A DNA stretch of 64,000 nt from Vulcanimicrobiota bacterium (GCA_963714015.1 OY970223.1:3392001-3456000); one strand, 5' to 3'. Shown: positions 42,645-52,873, numbered from the stretch's first letter. The notes: a model not told the origin generated them from the letters alone. A program made the numbers and translations.

Positions 42645-42819
42645 GCGCGTTCGTCACGTACACGTCGCTGCGAACCACGGCCGACCACAGCAACGAGAAC
42701 CAGGTTCGCAGATCTTTAATGACGGCCGCTTCGGCCGAGCAACATAAGCCGAAACATCGTCGGCAATCAAAACCTTTGTAGTACCCGTCGTTACCTGCGA
42801 CGTGCGCGGCGGGCGAAAC

Positions 42820-43551
42820 TTAGAATGCCCGCAACTCGGCCACCAGCCAGGCGGCGGCCGTGATCAGGTAATTGGTGGAGATCTCGTTCCAATTGGAGAG
42901 ATCGCGCGGCTGAGCGGTGATGTGCGGAATCCAAACGATCACGCCGAAGAGCGCCACCATCAACGCCATCAGCCGCAGAGCGAGCCGTGCTTGAACGCCG
43001 GTCAGGATTGCGATAGCCGCAAGCGCGAACGCGATGGTGGTAAGGACCGTCCAAAACATTTGGCTGGGCGGGATCCACGTTGGGACCAACGTTGCCGTGT
43101 ACTGCAGATAGGCAACTTGAGCCCAAGCGAAAGAGACCGTGCAGACTCCCAGGGCTAGGCGAGCCGTCCGCCCGAGCAGCATAGCGCGTGCAGCGTTCGC
43201 TTCGGTCGACGCAAAAGCGGCGAGTGCCCCGCACACCAATGAGAACTGCTCGCCGAAATTCACGAACGATCCCTTGTCGTTCCCGATCATTCCGGGAACG
43301 CAGACCAGTGAAAAGAGCAGATAGACCGCGCCCAGAACAATCGCCGAAATACGCATGGCAGGGGCGAAGAGTATGCCGATTCCGCCGGCCACTTCGGCAA
43401 TACCGACGCACCACGCGATGATGGCGGAAAGCGGCATGCCCATCGCGTGAGCCCGCTGCCACAAATCGGAGCCCGGCCACAGCAGTTGCACGACGCCGTC
43501 CGCGACGGCAAAAACGCCGAAAAGGATGCGCGCATAGGCGGCCGCTTTCAT
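42820..43551 (-). CDS. DoxX-like membrane protein
   Basis: Multi-TM protein with LVPTWIPP..FW. Confidence 0.65.
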   Translation of the reverse strand: MKAAAYARILFGVFAVADGVVQLLWPGSDLWQRAHAMGMPLSAIIAWCVGIAEVAGGIGILFAPAMRISAIVLGAVYLLFSLVCVPGMIGNDKGSFVNFGEQFSLVCGALAAFASTEANAARAMLLGRTARLALGVCTVSFAWAQVAYLQYTATLVPTWIPPSQMFWTVLTTIAFALAAIAILTGVQARLALRLMALMVALFGVIVWIPHITAQPRDLSNWNEISTNYLITAAAWLVAELRAF

Positions 43552-43681
43552 GCCAAAAGCAACGCCTTCGGTTCGAGGCTTGTGACGGTCGGCAGCGATC
43601 GCGTAAACGACCGGGAACGATACGTTGAGCGTGTAAAACGTTACCAGGCCGTGGGGTGCCGGCGCTTCCGGGAGGCTTTGA

Positions 43682-44527
43682 ATGAATTTTTGGTGGACTC
43701 GAATGACAGCGCTCATGCTGGCCCTGATTGTCACGGCAATGCCCGCATCGGCACAGGCGGGAGGAAAGCGATTGCGCTTCATTCTCAACGGACCGGCCTT
43801 GCAAACGTTCACGACGAACCCCACTGCAGTGTCGTTCTTCGCGGGAAGCCGGCCGTTCGTAGTGGTCTCGAAAAAATTCAGCGCCTCGCGGATTCCGAGT
43901 TCGTGGCAGGCAGTCCCCACGCAGATATTCACGAGCTACCGCTGGTTTCAGGCGGCGATCAAGCATGGCAAGATTCAGCCCGGCGTGAAGGCCGTAATCT
44001 ACGACAACGAAGGGTGGACACTTACGCCGCCGGCCGAGCAGCGCAATTACGCGCAGTTTGCGCAGCGGTTCTACGAGCTCGCGCACCAGCACGGATTTGT
44101 GGTGATACATACTCCGGCGCTCTCGCTCGCGAACGCGGTGCAGGCGGCGGGCGAACGGCGCTTCGATGCATTCATGCGCGCCGGATTTTGGGACGATGCC
44201 GTGCGGTACGCCGATGCCGTCGATTTGCAAATGCAGGGATCGCAAGTTCCGGCGAGCGCTTATGCGAATTTCGTCAAGTCGGCGGCGCAACGGGCGCGAC
44301 AAGCGAACCCCCACGTACTGATTTTGGCGGGCATCAGCACGAATCCGAGCGGACATCACGTCACGGCTCAACAGATCGTCGATGCCATAATGGCCACGCG
44401 CGGCATCGTGGACGGCTACTGGTTCAACGTACCGCAAGCCGGCCCATCGTGCCCGCATTGCACGGATTTCCGCCCGGACATTGCGCTTGACGTACTGCGC
44501 ATGCTGCAAGCGCGGCACGCGCAGTAG
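43682..44527 (+). CDS. Secreted glycoside-hydrolase-like (TIM-barrel) protein
   Basis: Signal peptide; VIYDNEGW, LAGISTN, DGYWFN. Confidence 0.55.
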   Translation: MNFWWTRMTALMLALIVTAMPASAQAGGKRLRFILNGPALQTFTTNPTAVSFFAGSRPFVVVSKKFSASRIPSSWQAVPTQIFTSYRWFQAAIKHGKIQPGVKAVIYDNEGWTLTPPAEQRNYAQFAQRFYELAHQHGFVVIHTPALSLANAVQAAGERRFDAFMRAGFWDDAVRYADAVDLQMQGSQVPASAYANFVKSAAQRARQANPHVLILAGISTNPSGHHVTAQQIVDAIMATRGIVDGYWFNVPQAGPSCPHCTDFRPDIALDVLRMLQARHAQ

Positions 44528-44542
44528 CCTCAATTCACGTCG

Positions 44543-45586
44543 TCAGTAAGCCATCGCTTTGAACTGCGGCATATTTGCCAACTTGCGCAGTTCGTCGATT
44601 CCGCCGCAATTGTCGATTCGCCAGTCGAAACGGGGATTCGAATGAGCGTTGTACCATGCCAGCAGATGGATGTTTCTGAATTGCGTGCTGGTCTGCGATT
44701 CGATGTCGCGCATGAATTGCGCTTGACCGTATGAGGAACATCCCGCCTCGCCGAACTCCGCGAGCCCGCAGGGTCTTGAGGTAAACGCGGGCGTGCAGTA
44801 CTCGTTGTAAAGAGCGCCTATCATCGCGGCGAAGCCTGCGCCGTTGCGATCGTAGGCGTCGGGCAAGATCCAATCGACCTGCGAGTCGCCGGGATAGAAA
44901 CCTTCCAAGTGGCGAGCGTTCGTCGGACGCCATCCCAAAGCAACGTTGGTCGCTCCCAAACGGGCGCGTTCGCCGGCGAGGAATGCCCACGCAGCCTTGT
45001 ATTGCGCCTGTTTCTGAGCCAGACTGGTTCCCTGCGTGAAGCAGTTGGGATTGTCGTTATTTCCGTGGCATGTTTTGGTGGCTCCGCGCACGCAGCTGTT
45101 GAACTCGTGGAACCACGTGAAGATGACCGGCCCTGGATATGCCTTCATCGCGGTGAGCGCGTTGTCGATGGAAGCCTGACCGGCTCCGCCGGCACGATAC
45201 TCGTCCAGATTGTAGCCGCATGATTGAGAAACGAGCGGGATGCGGTGAAATTTCAGGTCTCCGATGATCATCGGATCGGAAAGAAACTCACTCTCCGTGA
45301 AGTTACTGAAACTGAAATAAGACGTTTGTACCGCGAAGGGTCTTCCGATCTGATGCTCGAGATTTTCCGTGCATTGCTCCTTTTGATCCTTGGTTGCGCC
45401 TTTGCCCAGGGTGTTGCAGTACATTCCGAGGTAGACGCCGTTCGGGACTGGCGGCGGATGCGCCACAGTGCCGGCCGGGGTAATCGCGCCGAGCGTCTCT
45501 ACGCGCGCGATAGCCGGCGCCGCTAAAGCAATCGCCGCTAAAAGGAATGCAAGTAGCGGCGCGCGGCCGCTTTTGATTTGAGACAT
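44543..45586 (-). CDS. Secreted GH26-like glycoside hydrolase
   Basis: WFHEFN, FYPGDSQVDWILPDAY, GLAEFG. Confidence 0.75.
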   Translation of the reverse strand: MSQIKSGRAPLLAFLLAAIALAAPAIARVETLGAITPAGTVAHPPPVPNGVYLGMYCNTLGKGATKDQKEQCTENLEHQIGRPFAVQTSYFSFSNFTESEFLSDPMIIGDLKFHRIPLVSQSCGYNLDEYRAGGAGQASIDNALTAMKAYPGPVIFTWFHEFNSCVRGATKTCHGNNDNPNCFTQGTSLAQKQAQYKAAWAFLAGERARLGATNVALGWRPTNARHLEGFYPGDSQVDWILPDAYDRNGAGFAAMIGALYNEYCTPAFTSRPCGLAEFGEAGCSSYGQAQFMRDIESQTSTQFRNIHLLAWYNAHSNPRFDWRIDNCGGIDELRKLANMPQFKAMAY

Positions 45587-45663
45587 TCTTCCCCCTTACG
45601 TTTACGCTTAATCTTACCAGCGCAGGGGCGGCCGTTATCTTAAAATATGGAGAGAGATCGTCC

Positions 45664-46674
45664 CTAGGGCTGGAAGGCCGACATGTACGGCGAATTCGCC
45701 ATTGCTGCGAACGTCGACATCTCGTTGCCGCTGATGACCCAAGTGATCTGCTGAATAGTCTGGACTTTGTTCGCTGAGTCGAAGTAGTTGTACCCTTTTA
45801 TCAGCGGGTATTTCGTCTGAAGGCTTTTCGCAAGGAGCGGAAAGTACGTGCTCTGGTACGGGGGCTGTGCGCCGGTCTCTCCAACCATAATCGGCTTGCC
45901 GTAGGGAACCAAATACCCGTACGCCTGCGTATACGTCTGATCCGGCGGCAGATTGTCGTGATCGTAGAAATCGAATCCCGTCCAATCGACCTCGCCGTTC
46001 CCGGGATAATAAACTGCCGGATTGCGATCGCCGTCCGGGCACCAGAGCCAGATCACGTTGGAGACGCCTTCCTGCGCGAAGATCGCGCGGATGTGATCCC
46101 AAGCTGCGATGTAATACTGCGGAGAGAATACGCCGTTGGGCAAGTCCGTATTCGGATCCCAGCAAATCGACCGGTACGTTTTGGTCGCCGGAATGTTCAT
46201 CTCCCACATGTAACGGATGAACATCGGCTTGCCGAAAGCTTTTATCGCGTCGGCGCGAATGCGAATCGTCGAGTCGACTTTTCCGGAGGCGACTTCGGCA
46301 TTCGAATTCTGGCAATCCCACGAATCGAGCGGAATTCTCCCGTTGGCCTCGTCGTCGGCTTCGTACGCTCCGGGGAATTTATCGTAGAAACCATAGTAGT
46401 GCAGCGAGAGCGCCATGTGCCGTCCGATCTGCTGCTCGAACTGCTGCTGCAGTGTCACCGGCGGATCCACGATTGACAGTGGGTTCACATAGGTGCCCAG
46501 ATAAATCGATCCGGTAGGCGGTTCCAATGAGAGCGGCGGCGGTGTTGCACCGCCGGAAACACTCGCCGGCACCGAAGGCGAAGAGCCGCCCTCGCCGCAA
46601 CCGGCAAGGGCTCCGAGCGCGAACATGCACGTTATCAGCAACCGCGAAGCTTTGCAAAATCCAATGGTACTCAC
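45664..46674 (-). CDS. GH26-like lipoprotein
   Basis: Lipobox LAGC; RYMWEMN, YYPG..EVDWTGFDFY, MVGETG. Confidence 0.8.
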   Translation of the reverse strand: MSTIGFCKASRLLITCMFALGALAGCGEGGSSPSVPASVSGGATPPPLSLEPPTGSIYLGTYVNPLSIVDPPVTLQQQFEQQIGRHMALSLHYYGFYDKFPGAYEADDEANGRIPLDSWDCQNSNAEVASGKVDSTIRIRADAIKAFGKPMFIRYMWEMNIPATKTYRSICWDPNTDLPNGVFSPQYYIAAWDHIRAIFAQEGVSNVIWLWCPDGDRNPAVYYPGNGEVDWTGFDFYDHDNLPPDQTYTQAYGYLVPYGKPIMVGETGAQPPYQSTYFPLLAKSLQTKYPLIKGYNYFDSANKVQTIQQITWVISGNEMSTFAAMANSPYMSAFQP

Positions 46675-46687
46675 GTCAATCTCCTGC

Positions 46688-47665
46688 CTACGGCGATCCC
46701 ATAGCCGCCATGTACGGGTCCTGCGCTAAGCGCACGAATGCGGTTGAACCAGGGCCGGGATTGAGCGACCAGTTCGAACCATTGCTGACCCCGTCGTAAT
46801 ACATGAAACCTTTGACCGCCGGAAAATTCGATTGCAAAGCTGAGGCGACGCTTCCCAAGAACGTTGCCTGGCCGAAACTGAGGGTTCCGGTCTCGCCGAT
46901 GAGGATCGGTTTGTTGAAATGCGTCAGCGTGCCGTAGATCGGGCTGAAGAACGTCGGAAAATCCACCCCCTGCGTGTCGAACGCGTCCACCCCGACCCAA
47001 TCGACCTCCGAATCTCCCGGATAATAAGCCGAAGGATTGGAGCCTGCCGCCGAAACGTCCCAGACCCAGATGACGTTGGTCGCGCCGACCTGCGCGAAAA
47101 TCTGGCGAACGTGGGTCCACGCAGCTACGAATTCCTTCGCCGAGAAGGTGCCGTCGGAATTATCCGTGGCCGGATCGTAGCACGCGGTGCGGGGCTGCTT
47201 CGAATACGCGAAAATTGTCGACGACGGCAGATTCATATCCCAGAACCAGCGCATAAAGACCGCATGACCAAAAGCCTTGATTGCGGTCGCGCGCGTCGTT
47301 ATCAGGCCGTCGGCGGCGCCCGATGCAATCTGCGCGTCCGACATGCCGCAATCCCAAGAGTCTACGGAATAGCGCCCGTTCTCCAAATCACCCGTTTCGT
47401 TGAAGTGCGGGAAGAGCGTATTCCAGCTGTAATAGTGCATGTTCAGCGCAACGGGGCGTTCGATCAGCGTCTCGAGCGTCTTTATCGATCCGTTGCCGGG
47501 GTCCACGTACGCGCCGAAGTAAATGCTTCCGGTTCCGGGAGTCTGCGCACCTACCGGCGTCGGCGTCACGACGGGCGCCGGCGTACCCGGCTGACCTTCG
47601 CCGCATCCCGCAAGAACCAAAGCAAAAAGAGCCGCGACGGCAATCGTTGCGGCGCTACGGAACAT
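46688..47665 (-). CDS. GH26-like lipoprotein (acid/base E to D)
   Basis: Lipobox LAGC; RWFWDMN, YYPGDSEVDWVGVD, LIGETG. Confidence 0.8.
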   Translation of the reverse strand: MFRSAATIAVAALFALVLAGCGEGQPGTPAPVVTPTPVGAQTPGTGSIYFGAYVDPGNGSIKTLETLIERPVALNMHYYSWNTLFPHFNETGDLENGRYSVDSWDCGMSDAQIASGAADGLITTRATAIKAFGHAVFMRWFWDMNLPSSTIFAYSKQPRTACYDPATDNSDGTFSAKEFVAAWTHVRQIFAQVGATNVIWVWDVSAAGSNPSAYYPGDSEVDWVGVDAFDTQGVDFPTFFSPIYGTLTHFNKPILIGETGTLSFGQATFLGSVASALQSNFPAVKGFMYYDGVSNGSNWSLNPGPGSTAFVRLAQDPYMAAMGSP

Positions 47666-48704
47666 ACTGCGCTCCCATGTACGGATCGTTGGCGAAAGCG
47701 CTGAATGCCGGGAATGCGCTGGTCGAAACGCGCCAGTCCTGGTTCACGGCCTGTATGTAGTTGATCCCGTCGTAGTAGACGAAGGCCTTTACAGCGGGAA
47801 AGCTCGCCTTCAGCGCCGGCACTGCGCCGCTGAAGAACGCAGGCTGCTGCGCCGCAAGTGCGCCGGTTTCCGCAATCATTATCGGTTTGTTCAACGCGGC
47901 CAACGTCGCGTATGCCGAACTGAACGTTCCGGAGAACGAGCCGCCGTTCACATCGTAAGCGTCCATGCCGACCCAGTCCACCCACTGACTGCCCGGATAA
48001 TACGGCATCGGCGGTTGCGCAGCCGGATTATTGCTGAACGTCCACACCCAAATCACGTTCGTCGCTCCGGCGTTTTGAAAGACGGTGTGCACGTGCTGCC
48101 AGGCCGCGATGAATTCCGAAGGGGAAAAGATGCCCTTGGGAAGATCCCCTTCGCTCGGATCCCAGCAAGGAGTGCGATCGAGCGCGGCATATCCTCCGGA
48201 CATCGCCGTATCGGGCAAGTTCGGATCCCACATGTACCGCAGAAAGACGGGCGCGCCGAAATTCTTCGCTTGAGCCGCCGCGATTTCAAGCTGCGCATCC
48301 CATTGTCCCGAAGCTATTTGCGCGTTGGGGTACTGACAGTTCCACGAGATCACGGGGACGCGAAAATGTTCGTAGTCGTCCAGAAGCTTGTTCCCGGAAA
48401 GACTTCCGTAAAAGGTAAGGTACTGCATATGCAGCGTCAGCAGCCGCCCGAGCTGCGCTTCGACGTCCGCGGCATCCGCGGGCGTGTTGCCGCCGAGCAA
48501 GCCCGTCGTGTTCACGTAAGCACCAAAGTAAATGGAGCCGGGCCGCGGCGTGAAAAGGCCGGCCACGGCGGGCTGCGCCATCGGCGTGCGCAATGCGGAA
48601 GGCGAAGCGCTGGCGAATGAGCTCGGAGCGGAGCCTTCGCCGCAGCCGGCGACGGCAAAGCAGAAAAGAGCGAGCGCCGCCAGTTGCAAGCGTTGGGAGG
48701 ACAC
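47655..48704 (-). CDS. GH26-like lipoprotein (acid/base E to D)
   Basis: Lipobox VAGC; RYMWDPN, YYPGSQWVDWVGMD, MIAETG. Confidence 0.8.
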   Translation of the reverse strand: MSSQRLQLAALALFCFAVAGCGEGSAPSSFASASPSALRTPMAQPAVAGLFTPRPGSIYFGAYVNTTGLLGGNTPADAADVEAQLGRLLTLHMQYLTFYGSLSGNKLLDDYEHFRVPVISWNCQYPNAQIASGQWDAQLEIAAAQAKNFGAPVFLRYMWDPNLPDTAMSGGYAALDRTPCWDPSEGDLPKGIFSPSEFIAAWQHVHTVFQNAGATNVIWVWTFSNNPAAQPPMPYYPGSQWVDWVGMDAYDVNGGSFSGTFSSAYATLAALNKPIMIAETGALAAQQPAFFSGAVPALKASFPAVKAFVYYDGINYIQAVNQDWRVSTSAFPAFSAFANDPYMGAQYVP

Positions 48705-48760
48705 GCCCGACTCATTAGTCGAGGACCCCCCCTCACCCCGCTTGCCTTGCCCGGACCGCG

Positions 48761-48794
48761 AAAAGAAAAAGCCCGCATTGCTGCGGGCTTTTTC
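48761..48794 (-). terminator. Intrinsic terminator after the phasin-like gene
   Basis: GAAAAAGCCCGCA/TGCGGGCTTTTTC stem plus T-run. Confidence 0.8.
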
Positions 48795-48813
48795 GCGCTG
48801 CCCTTAGTGGGCG

Positions 48814-49113
48814 TTAGTTTTTGGCGACGGTCTTCGCGAGATTCTTCGTGCTCTCGGTGAAGAACTCGGCAACCTGAATCGCATACTCTTTGCGCAGTTC
48901 GAGGAACTTGTTGGCGTAGTCGAAGCTCAGCTCGACGAACTTGGTCGGCGAAGGAAGCGTCTCGAGGGTCGGGAGCTTCTCGAACGTTGCGACCTCGGCG
49001 AAGAGTTCGCGGGCCTGCTCGAAGGCGGCGACGTTCGCGTCCTGAGCCTGCTTGACTGCTTTGAGCGTCTCTTCTTGAAAATTGCTTACGTACTGGTTGA
49101 AATCGGTGGCCAC
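48814..49113 (-). CDS. Putative phasin (PHA granule-associated protein)
   Basis: 99-aa amphipathic helical protein, SD AGGAG, located in the phaC cluster. Confidence 0.6.
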   Translation of the reverse strand: MATDFNQYVSNFQEETLKAVKQAQDANVAAFEQARELFAEVATFEKLPTLETLPSPTKFVELSFDYANKFLELRKEYAIQVAEFFTESTKNLAKTVAKN

Positions 49114-49150
49114 GGTGATTGTTACTCCTGCGGTTCTTGCTGCTGCTGTA

Positions 49151-49185
49151 TGCTAAGTATACTTAGCACACGCTGCATTTGTCAA
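49151..49185 (-). promoter_or_regulatory. Phasin promoter with a palindromic operator over the -10
   Basis: TTGACA-N18-TATACT; perfect palindrome TGCTAAGTATACTTAGCA. Confidence 0.8.
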
Positions 49186-49535
49186 GTGCGACCCAAGAAC
49201 CCCCGGTAAATCCGGATCATCGTGTCCTTTTGGTCGGTCGTCAGGTTCCCGTCCAAGCGAATGGCCTGCTCGACGTCCCGGCCGGCGGGTTTGGCGTCTT
49301 CGTCTAAAAGGCCGGCTTGCGTGTACATCGTCTCCGCCGAAATCTGGAGCGCGCTGGCAATGTTTTTCAAAACGTCGGCCGAGGGTTTGTAGAGGCCCTT
49401 CTCCACCTGCCCGAGATACGGATTGGAGATCTTCGACATCTCCGCCAGCTGCCGCAGCGAGAGATTTGCGAGCTCCCGCTGGCTCCGGATGAACTCACCA
49501 AGCCTCTCCCACGCGCGATCGCGCTCAGAGCTCAT
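49182..49535 (-). CDS. XRE HTH regulator, Rv0474/MLDSR-like
   Basis: LGEFIRSQRE...SLRQLAE..ISNPYL.QVE.GL.KPSADVL..IA.AL.ISAE..Y..AG. Confidence 0.85.
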   Translation of the reverse strand: MSSERDRAWERLGEFIRSQRELANLSLRQLAEMSKISNPYLGQVEKGLYKPSADVLKNIASALQISAETMYTQAGLLDEDAKPAGRDVEQAIRLDGNLTTDQKDTMIRIYRGFLGRT

Positions 49536-51219
49536 TGCGGACGTACCGCCCGGGGGCGGCCTCCCCTTGGGGCAACTCCGCAGGCGCTGCCATCGGTCCT
49601 GCGTGCGCGTCCGCCCACACGGCCCAATCTTCCCACCAACTTCCCGCGAAGCGTTCGGCGCTCGCTCGCCACTGCTCCGGATTCTCTTCTCGCAGAGCGC
49701 GCGGCTTGGTCCAATGCTGCGATTTTGCGCTCCCCGGCGGATTCACGATGCCGGCGATATGGCCCGAATTCGTAAGCGTATAGGTGAGGTCTTCGCTCGA
49801 GACGAGGTTCACGGCGCGATACGTCGAGCGCCAGGGTGCAATGTGATCGGCCTCCGCGCCCAGGACGTAGAGCGGCGTGCGAATCAAACCGAGATCGATC
49901 GGCGTATCCGCGATGACGAAGGCGTTCGGTTTGGCGATGAGATTGTTCAGATAGCAGGCTCGCAGATACTGCGAATGCATCGCCGCGGGCATGCGCGTGG
50001 AGTCGCCGTTCCAGGTTAGGATGTCGAACGCGGGCGGCTGCTTGCCCATGAACCAGTTGCTGACGACGTAACTCCAGATCAAGTCGTTCGCTCGCATCCA
50101 GTCGAAGGTTCCGGCCATCTCGCTCGAGTCCAAGTATCCGCGCTCGTTCATGCGCTTTTCGAGCCGTTCGATCGTTGCTTCGTCCGTGAAGACGCCCAGA
50201 TCGCCGGGTTCCGAGAAGTCGATCAGCGAGTTCGTCAGCGTCGCGGAGTTTACGCGTTCTGCTTCTCCGTGCGCCGCAAGGTACGCCAGAAAGATCAGCG
50301 TCAGCGTTCCGCCCAGGCAAAGCGCCGCGATATTAGTTTTCGTGCTGCCGGTAATGCGTTCGACCGCGCCGAGCGCCTCGAGCAGTCCCAGCCGCAAATA
50401 GTCGTCCATCAACAAGCCCCGCATCGACGCGTCGGGATTGCGATAGCTGATCATGAAGGTCTGGTGCCCATGCCGTACCGCCCACTCCACGAACGAACGG
50501 CCTGGGGCCAAATCCATGATGTAAAACTTATTGATCCATGGCGGACTGCAGAGCAGCGGAATCTCGTGAACCTGCGAGGTCTGCGGCTCGTAAGCGATCA
50601 GCTCGATGAGTTCGTTGCGAAAGACGACGCGCCCGGGAGTTGCGGCGAGATTGACGCCAAGCTCGTGCTTCGAAGTGTCGGCTTGACGCGGCATGCCGCG
50701 GTTCTCGCGCGCGTCGTCCATGAAGTTCTGCATGCCCCGCATCAGGCTGGCGCCGCCAGTATTCATTGCCTCCTTTACGACCGCGGGATTCATCCAGGGA
50801 ACGTTGCTCGGCGCGAACGCGTCGTTGAGCATTTGCATGGCGAACTTGGCTTTGCGTTTGGTTGCTTCCGGAAGACGCGAACTGTCGACCAGCGCCATGG
50901 CGGCGCGCGAACGCGCGAGATACTCTTCCAGCGCGCCTGCCAGCAGCGGATTCTCTTTCCAGCCTGCGTCGGCGAAGCGCCGATCCGAACCGGGCGCAGC
51001 GGTTTCGATTTCTTGTCCGCTCAGGCGCCTCAGCATATTGAAGCCCGCGGCTTGCTGCGCGGCGGCGAGATTCGCAATCCAGAGTCCCATTCGCGCAGGG
51101 TCCGCCATGGCGTCCGCCATCACCGCGCGCAAGGCGTCGCCCAAAGACGCCGGATCCAAACCCGTAACGTCCAGGCCGTACTGCAGATCTTCGGGTGCAA
51201 ACGCTGCGTCGATCATCAC
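49525..51219 (-). CDS. phaC: Poly(3-hydroxyalkanoate) synthase, class I/II-like
   Basis: ATPGRVVFRNEL, PPWINKFYIMDL, ALCLGG lipase box, DHIAPW, SGHIAG. Confidence 0.93.
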   Translation of the reverse strand: MMIDAAFAPEDLQYGLDVTGLDPASLGDALRAVMADAMADPARMGLWIANLAAAQQAAGFNMLRRLSGQEIETAAPGSDRRFADAGWKENPLLAGALEEYLARSRAAMALVDSSRLPEATKRKAKFAMQMLNDAFAPSNVPWMNPAVVKEAMNTGGASLMRGMQNFMDDARENRGMPRQADTSKHELGVNLAATPGRVVFRNELIELIAYEPQTSQVHEIPLLCSPPWINKFYIMDLAPGRSFVEWAVRHGHQTFMISYRNPDASMRGLLMDDYLRLGLLEALGAVERITGSTKTNIAALCLGGTLTLIFLAYLAAHGEAERVNSATLTNSLIDFSEPGDLGVFTDEATIERLEKRMNERGYLDSSEMAGTFDWMRANDLIWSYVVSNWFMGKQPPAFDILTWNGDSTRMPAAMHSQYLRACYLNNLIAKPNAFVIADTPIDLGLIRTPLYVLGAEADHIAPWRSTYRAVNLVSSEDLTYTLTNSGHIAGIVNPPGSAKSQHWTKPRALREENPEQWRASAERFAGSWWEDWAVWADAHAGPMAAPAELPQGEAAPGRYVRNEL

Positions 51220-51983
51220 ATGTACATGCCGCCGTTGACGCTGAAGACGGAACCCGTGATGAACCCGCTCTCCTCGTCCAACAAGAACCGTACCGTGCGG
51301 GCAACTTCGGCCGGATCGCCCAAGCGTTTCACCGCGGTTCGCTCCGTGGCGCCTTCGATTGCTGCAGGCGGCATCGCGGCGACCATATCGGTATTGATGA
51401 ATCCCGGCGCGACCGCGTTCACGGTAATGCCTTTCTGCGCCACTTCGAGAGCGACGGTTTTCGTTAGACCGATCAGCCCTGCTTTGGCGGCGCTGTAATT
51501 GGCCTGTCCGATGTTGCCGCTCAGTCCCACCACCGAACTAATGTTGACGATGCGGCCGTAATTCTGCTCGATCATTTTGTCGATCACCGCCTTGATCATG
51601 AAAAACGGCCCCGACAGGTTGACCTGCAGAACCGCATTCCATTCTTCGATCGTCATTTTGCGAATCGTGTGATCCGCGGTGATCCCGGCGTTGTTGACCA
51701 GAAAATCGATTCGGCCGTGGCGTTCCAGAATCGCCTCCACCGCCATGCGGCAGCGCTCGTATTCGCCGACGTCTCCCTCGTAAAAAACGACGTTCTCGGC
51801 ACTGCCGTTCAGCGAACTGCGCAGACGCTCCGTCCGATCGCGATCGGCTTCCAAGCCGACGACCGCAACGATCGCGCCGTCACCGGCTAAACTGCGGGTG
51901 ATGGCGCCGCCGATGCCGCGCGCACCGCCGGTAACGATGCCGACGCGGCCGGCCAAAGACGTAAGGGTTGTGGAAGATCTCAT
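51216..51983 (-). CDS. phaB: Acetoacetyl-CoA reductase-like SDR
   Basis: TGGARGIG, NNAGITAD, NYSAAKAG, NGGMYM; ATGA overlap with phaC. Confidence 0.85.
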   Translation of the reverse strand: MRSSTTLTSLAGRVGIVTGGARGIGGAITRSLAGDGAIVAVVGLEADRDRTERLRSSLNGSAENVVFYEGDVGEYERCRMAVEAILERHGRIDFLVNNAGITADHTIRKMTIEEWNAVLQVNLSGPFFMIKAVIDKMIEQNYGRIVNISSVVGLSGNIGQANYSAAKAGLIGLTKTVALEVAQKGITVNAVAPGFINTDMVAAMPPAAIEGATERTAVKRLGDPAEVARTVRFLLDEESGFITGSVFSVNGGMYM

Positions 51984-52003
51984 GTGCTAGGCTTACCTAG
52001 CAC
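51984..52003 (-). promoter_or_regulatory. Palindromic operator directly before the phaB start
   Basis: GTGCTAGG-CTTA-CCTAGCAC, the same TGCTA-N8-TAGCA as at 49151. Confidence 0.75.
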
Positions 52004-52026
52004 CGCGCTTTGTCCCTCTTCGTGAC

Positions 52027-52768
52027 TTACATGTCTAAGCCGCCGTTTACGGTGTAAACGGCGCCCGTGATGTCAGCTCGATTCGTCGTCCAAAAGAAAC
52101 TTCACGACGCGCGCGACCTCCTCGGGCTGACCCAGCCGCCGCACCGGAATCTTTTCGATCACTTTCGCCAGCGCCGCTTCGGGCACAGCCGCCACCATCT
52201 CGGTGTTGATGAAACCCGGCGCCACGCAGTTGACGGTAATGCCCTTGGTGGCCATCTCAAGCGCCAGGCTTTTGCTCAATCCGAACAACCCGGCCTTGGA
52301 TGCCGCATAATTGGCCTGCCCGACGTTACCGGTTTCTCCGATGACCGAGCTGATGTTCACGATGCGTCCGGAGCCGCGTTCGATCATGTGCTCCAGTACG
52401 GCTTTCGTCATCGCGAACGCGCCGAACAAGTTGACGTTGAGAACCGCCTGCCAGTCTTCCGGCGTCATCTTGCGCACGGTTTTGTCGACAGTTATGCCGG
52501 CGTTGTTGACGAGCCAGTCGACTCGGCCGTAGCGGTCGAGAACTTCACGTACGACGCGCACGCAATCCTCGGGCTCGTCAACGCGGCCCTGATGAATCGA
52601 AACCGTCGCGCCTTCTTTTTCAAGATCGTGTTGATGTTTCTCGGCCGCCTCTCGGCCCCGGCTGTATCCCGCGGCCACGCGGTGTCCGGCGGCGGCCAGG
52701 AGCGTCGTAATGGCGCCTCCGATTCCGCGCGTCCCGCCGGTGACAATCGCAACCTTACCGTCGGACAT
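52027..52768 (-). CDS. phaB: Second acetoacetyl-CoA reductase-like SDR; 1-nt insertion near 52074
   Basis: TGGTRGIG, NYAASKAG; removing one G restores the tail SYITGAVYTVNGGLDM*. Confidence 0.85.
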
Positions 52769-52843
52769 ACTGTGCCTCCGCTAGGATCGTGTCGTGTGCC
52801 GCAAAGTTATCCGCTCGCGCACCAGCCCCTTTGAATTCAAACC

Positions 52844-52873
52844 GAAAGAAGGCCGCCGATGCGGCCTCCTTTC
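52844..52873 (-). terminator. Probable intrinsic terminator
   Basis: GAAAG.AGGCCGC/GCGGCCT.CTTTC hairpin. Confidence 0.6.

Noticed and set aside
42791..44533. Long alternative ORFs such as 42791-44533, 19014-20423, 54057-55382 and 6676-8013
   Set aside because: They are Arg-rich shadow or antisense frames of well-supported genes, typical of high-GC DNA.
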